A stretch of DNA of 64,000 bases from positions 1,504,001 to 1,568,000 of the forward strand of contig CAVYGB010000002.1 of the NCBI GenBank assembly GCA_963767925.1, given 5' to 3'. The notes beneath the pieces are model-generated. The model did not search any database. It saw nothing but the letters and a program-made list of their open reading frames with translations, and was not told where the DNA came from. Of this stretch, positions 60,853 to 64,000 are shown one piece after another; position 1 is the stretch's first letter, and the number at the start of each line of letters is the position of its first letter. Both the position numbers and the translations under genes were made by a program. The DNA comes from an uncultured delta proteobacterium. GTDB taxonomy: Bacteria; Myxococcota_A; Polyangia; Fen-1088.

Positions 60853-61687
60853 TCAGGACGCCTTGGCCGGTTTGGCGGCGGCGACGGTGAGGATCTCGTC
60901 GACGGCGGATTCCATGGTCTGCTCGTCGACGAAAGCCTGGTCGCGCTCGTGGGCGGCACGCAGGGCCCCGCGCAGGAGTTTGGCGGCGACGCGGAAGACG
61001 CCACGGCTTGCGCGAAAAAGGATCTCGTAGGCGGGATCCGACAGGAGCTTGCTGCGGGCACCGACGCCGTCGAGGCAGGCGTTGATGGGAGATGAAAGCC
61101 TCTCGATCGGTGGTGGGCTCGAAGTGGACCTGGGCGCCCAGGCGCATGGCGAGGGCGTCGTGCTGATGCATCTGCAGGGTCCTGCGCAGCGTGGGCAAGC
61201 CGACCAGCCACAAACAGAGCAGGTCGCGGCTGTCGAAGGCGAAATTGAGAAAGCCCGACAGGTCGAGGAGGAATTTGTCGCTGAGCAGGTGCGCCTCGTC
61301 GACGACGAGCACGGGGGTGGTGCCACGCTCGTCGACCATATGGACGAGGGTCTTTTTGATGTCGGACCAGAGCTCGGAGCGACGATGCGAGGGGCGCACG
61401 CCGAGCTCGATGGCCAGCGTGCGGTACAGGGCCAGGGGCGACACGGCGGTATCACACAGATAGACGACGAGGTGATCGGGCTTGGGCAGGGCCGCGCACA
61501 GGTTGCGGATGGCCGCGGTCTTGCCGACGCCCGGATCGCCCGTGAGCGCGCCGAGACTCGGCTCGTCGATGAGGCGCCCGAAGGCGCGGCGCAGGCGATC
61601 GTAGTTGGCGGTCTTGTCGAAGAAGGTCTTGCCCTGCGCGCTCTTGGGCATAGGGTGGCCGGTGAGGCCGAAACGCTTTCTGTACAT
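60853..61687 (-). pseudogene. ExeA-like AAA ATPase (transposition helper), frameshift near 61090
   Basis: GDPGVGKT, VLVVDEAH, LWLVGLP; C-terminus in ORF 60853-61455. Confidence 0.8.
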
Positions 61688-61689
61688 GT

Positions 61690-63078
61690 CTACTCCTTTG
61701 TCTGGTCGGTGTTGTCGTCGGTGTCGGTGTCACGGTCGGGCTCGGCAGCGGCAGCGCCGAAGGGACGGCTGCGGCGATAGTGCTCGTCGGCGATGAGAGC
61801 GAGCGGATCGAGGCCGGTGGGCTTGATGGCCGGCAAAGGGACGCCGGCTGCGCGACGGCGAGGTCGAGTGGCGTTGCGAATCCGGTCGAGCGGGACGGTG
61901 TCGCAGTAAAAGTGGCCGTCCTGGAACACGCGGGGCAGCGCGGCCGGATCGCTGGGGTCGAAGCGAAGCTCGATCGCCTGGTCCATCAGCTCGGGGCGCA
62001 CCTCGAGCCAGCGCCCGTAGAAGCGGATGGTGCCGTCCTTGCGCACGGTGCGCGTGGCGCGGTGAAGGAAGACCTCGTCGAGATTCTTGCCCCTGGGGAC
62101 CGGGAGCATGTGCTTGACCTGGTCGAGCCAGTGCTCGCGAGGGATGCGTCCGGTGGTGTCGTGCTTGCGGGCGTGATATTCGCCGCTCAGCCACGCCCAG
62201 TGCAGCTCGTTGAGCTGGGCGAGCGTGAGCAGGCGGCCATCGAGCTCGTCCTCGAATTCCTCGCGCCAGGTGCGGTGCCAGCGCTCGATCGCACCCTTGG
62301 CCGCGGCATCGCCCGGACCCGTGTGCAACAGGTGGATCCCCAGCTCGGCACAGATCAGGCGCGGCGAACGCGCGACGTACGCCGAGCCTCGGTCGACGTA
62401 GTAGGCACGTGGGACGCCGTATTTGAGGATGCTCTGCTTGAACCCGTGCTCCTGCTCGGCGTCCCCCTCGGAGGTCTGCCAGTAGCTGTGGGTCAGGTAG
62501 CGGCAGGCGCAGTCGATCTGCGACAGCAGGTACGCTTTGCGTAGCTCACCGTCGGGCGCGATCACCTTGGGGCCGTGCAGGGCGTCGCCGATCCAGAGGT
62601 CGCCCGCGTGCTCCATGATGAAGGACCGGCGCTCGGCCTCGGGGCCGCGCACCGGTCGCCCCGAGACGCCGTGAGCGAGCAGTAGCCGGTGCACACTCGA
62701 CCGACTCAGCTGGCCCGGGCGCACGACGTGCGCCCGCTCGAGCATGCGAATGATCCGCCTGATGCTCCGGCGCGGGCGCTCCTGCTTGGCACGCAGGACC
62801 ATGTCGGCGACTTCGGCGTCGATGGCGCGGCTTTGTCCGAGGTCGGCCCGATCGCCGGGAAACAGGCCCGAGAAGCCACCTCGCCGGTACGCCCGGTACC
62901 AATCTTCCACCGTACGTGCGCTGAGCCTGACCAGACGGCCGTCCTGGTGCTCGTGCACCCGCTCGGCGGCCAGCGCGTAGTACTGCGCCCGGTCGCCGTG
63001 CTCGAGCCGGGCGCTGATGAGCGGCCCCAGCACCCCCAGTCGCCACAGCGCGACCTTTTCCTTGCGGTCCTTCTCCAT
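61690..63078 (-). CDS. DDE-type integrase/transposase (rve, Mu-like C-terminus)
   Basis: HTH region, LWIGD, YVDRGSAY, KGAIERWHRT, RTVRKDGTI. Confidence 0.9.
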   Translation of the reverse strand: MEKDRKEKVALWRLGVLGPLISARLEHGDRAQYYALAAERVHEHQDGRLVRLSARTVEDWYRAYRRGGFSGLFPGDRADLGQSRAIDAEVADMVLRAKQERPRRSIRRIIRMLERAHVVRPGQLSRSSVHRLLLAHGVSGRPVRGPEAERRSFIMEHAGDLWIGDALHGPKVIAPDGELRKAYLLSQIDCACRYLTHSYWQTSEGDAEQEHGFKQSILKYGVPRAYYVDRGSAYVARSPRLICAELGIHLLHTGPGDAAAKGAIERWHRTWREEFEDELDGRLLTLAQLNELHWAWLSGEYHARKHDTTGRIPREHWLDQVKHMLPVPRGKNLDEVFLHRATRTVRKDGTIRFYGRWLEVRPELMDQAIELRFDPSDPAALPRVFQDGHFYCDTVPLDRIRNATRPRRRAAGVPLPAIKPTGLDPLALIADEHYRRSRPFGAAAAEPDRDTDTDDNTDQTKE

Positions 63079-63168
63079 GCCCCCCTTGTCGCCGGGGGCA
63101 TGGGCCACTTCTGGTGGGAAAATGCGCGAGGCGCCCCGCCGTCCCGGAGGGCCGAGCGATTGACGGGA

Positions 63169-63810
63169 TCACATGAGACGCACCCCGGGCGCGAGCCGGT
63201 GGAGCAACGCCGCCATCTGGGTGAGCCGCTGGCCCACAGGTACATTGGCCATGTGCGCGTGCTCGTGCACCAGGGCATGCCGCGTGCCGGCCAGTCCTAC
63301 CGCCCCGGCGACGGTCGTCAGCGGGGGCGTCTCCGCCGTGGCCACCGTGACGACCAGCAGTGCCGCGCTCGCGGCCAGCCGTCGGAGCCACCGTCGCTGC
63401 GTGCTCGCCGGGACAGGCGCCTCGGTCGGCGAAGCGGACTGCGTCGGTGGCGGTGCCGGCGCCTCCACCGTCTCCTCCACGGTCGGCCAGCTCCGCCAAA
63501 GATGACGGGCCACGAACGCCGGGAGCATCTGCCAGGTCGCCCGGCACGACGAGCACAAGAACCGAATCACGGTGACCACCCCCGCCGGATCCGCCACCAG
63601 CACCCGCGTCCGGTAGTCATGGACGTGAAGTCCCCCCACGCATCTGGGGCACCCCTACCGGGGCCGGTATCCCCCCGAACGCAGCATCTGCTCGTGCCCG
63701 TCAAGGGTCACCACCTCCTCGACGATCAGCGTCCCGCCTCTCTGGCTGGACGGATACCGCCGACAAAGGCACTCTTCTGGCTGCGGAGGGGGAGATCGAT
63801 GGTCGGTCAC
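63169..63810 (-). pseudogene. Zn-finger (DUF6431-like) transposon protein with in-frame TAG at 63655-63657
   Basis: YRPR*GCPRC..LHVH and FLCSSC.ATWQMLPAF in one frame, upstream of the integrase. Confidence 0.65.
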
Positions 63811-64000
63811 GAGGCACTCCTGGTCCTTTAGCGAGAACCGAAGTGTCTCACCCCCTCCGCGCTTTCGCCTCCCCACCCCCTCGCCAACGCGCGCCGGGAC
63901 CTCGGATCCCCGCAGTGCCACGCCCGCACCCACGGATCAACCGGCAGGCCGGGGCGTCTCGTCTCGCGGTCCGTCCGCGACTGCGCCACCGCTACCGCCT

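Overview
High-GC bacterial DNA whose gene content points to Myxococcota (inference from ActD-like/caspase genes, DUF1552/DUF1592 genes, Cys-rich lipoproteins and CotH). Core genes are the 5' half of the dcw cluster (rsmH-ftsL-ftsI-murE-murF, no mraZ upstream, no mraY downstream), aroB, argH, tRNA-Arg(TCT), a Kef-type K+ efflux protein and a PepSY-TM operon with a Fur-like box. Accessory genes include two ABC exporters, GNATs, an AlkZ-like glycosylase, a GH5-like hydrolase, an ECF sigma module and an exported caspase-family protein. The right end holds a lower-GC island (~54.9-59.4 kb) and a decayed Zn-finger/DDE integrase/ExeA/AAA_25 transposon that is interrupted by a 431-bp IS3-like MITE. 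The most unusual signals are mostly non-coding: (1) an IS1380 derivative that lost most of its transposase but carries an intact four-helix-bundle gene enclosed by perfect 49-bp hexamer-array inverted repeats; (2) palindromic REP-like elements repeatedly preceded by tandem arrays that resemble the REP's own 5' end; (3) a stand-alone sORF plus structured-RNA locus next to a Fic-fold gene with a degenerate active site; (4) a secreted Cys-rich protein with an in-frame TGA followed by a SECIS-like hairpin. Several single-base frameshifts suggest assembly errors, so pseudogene calls need read-level checks. All family names come from motif recognition, not database searches.
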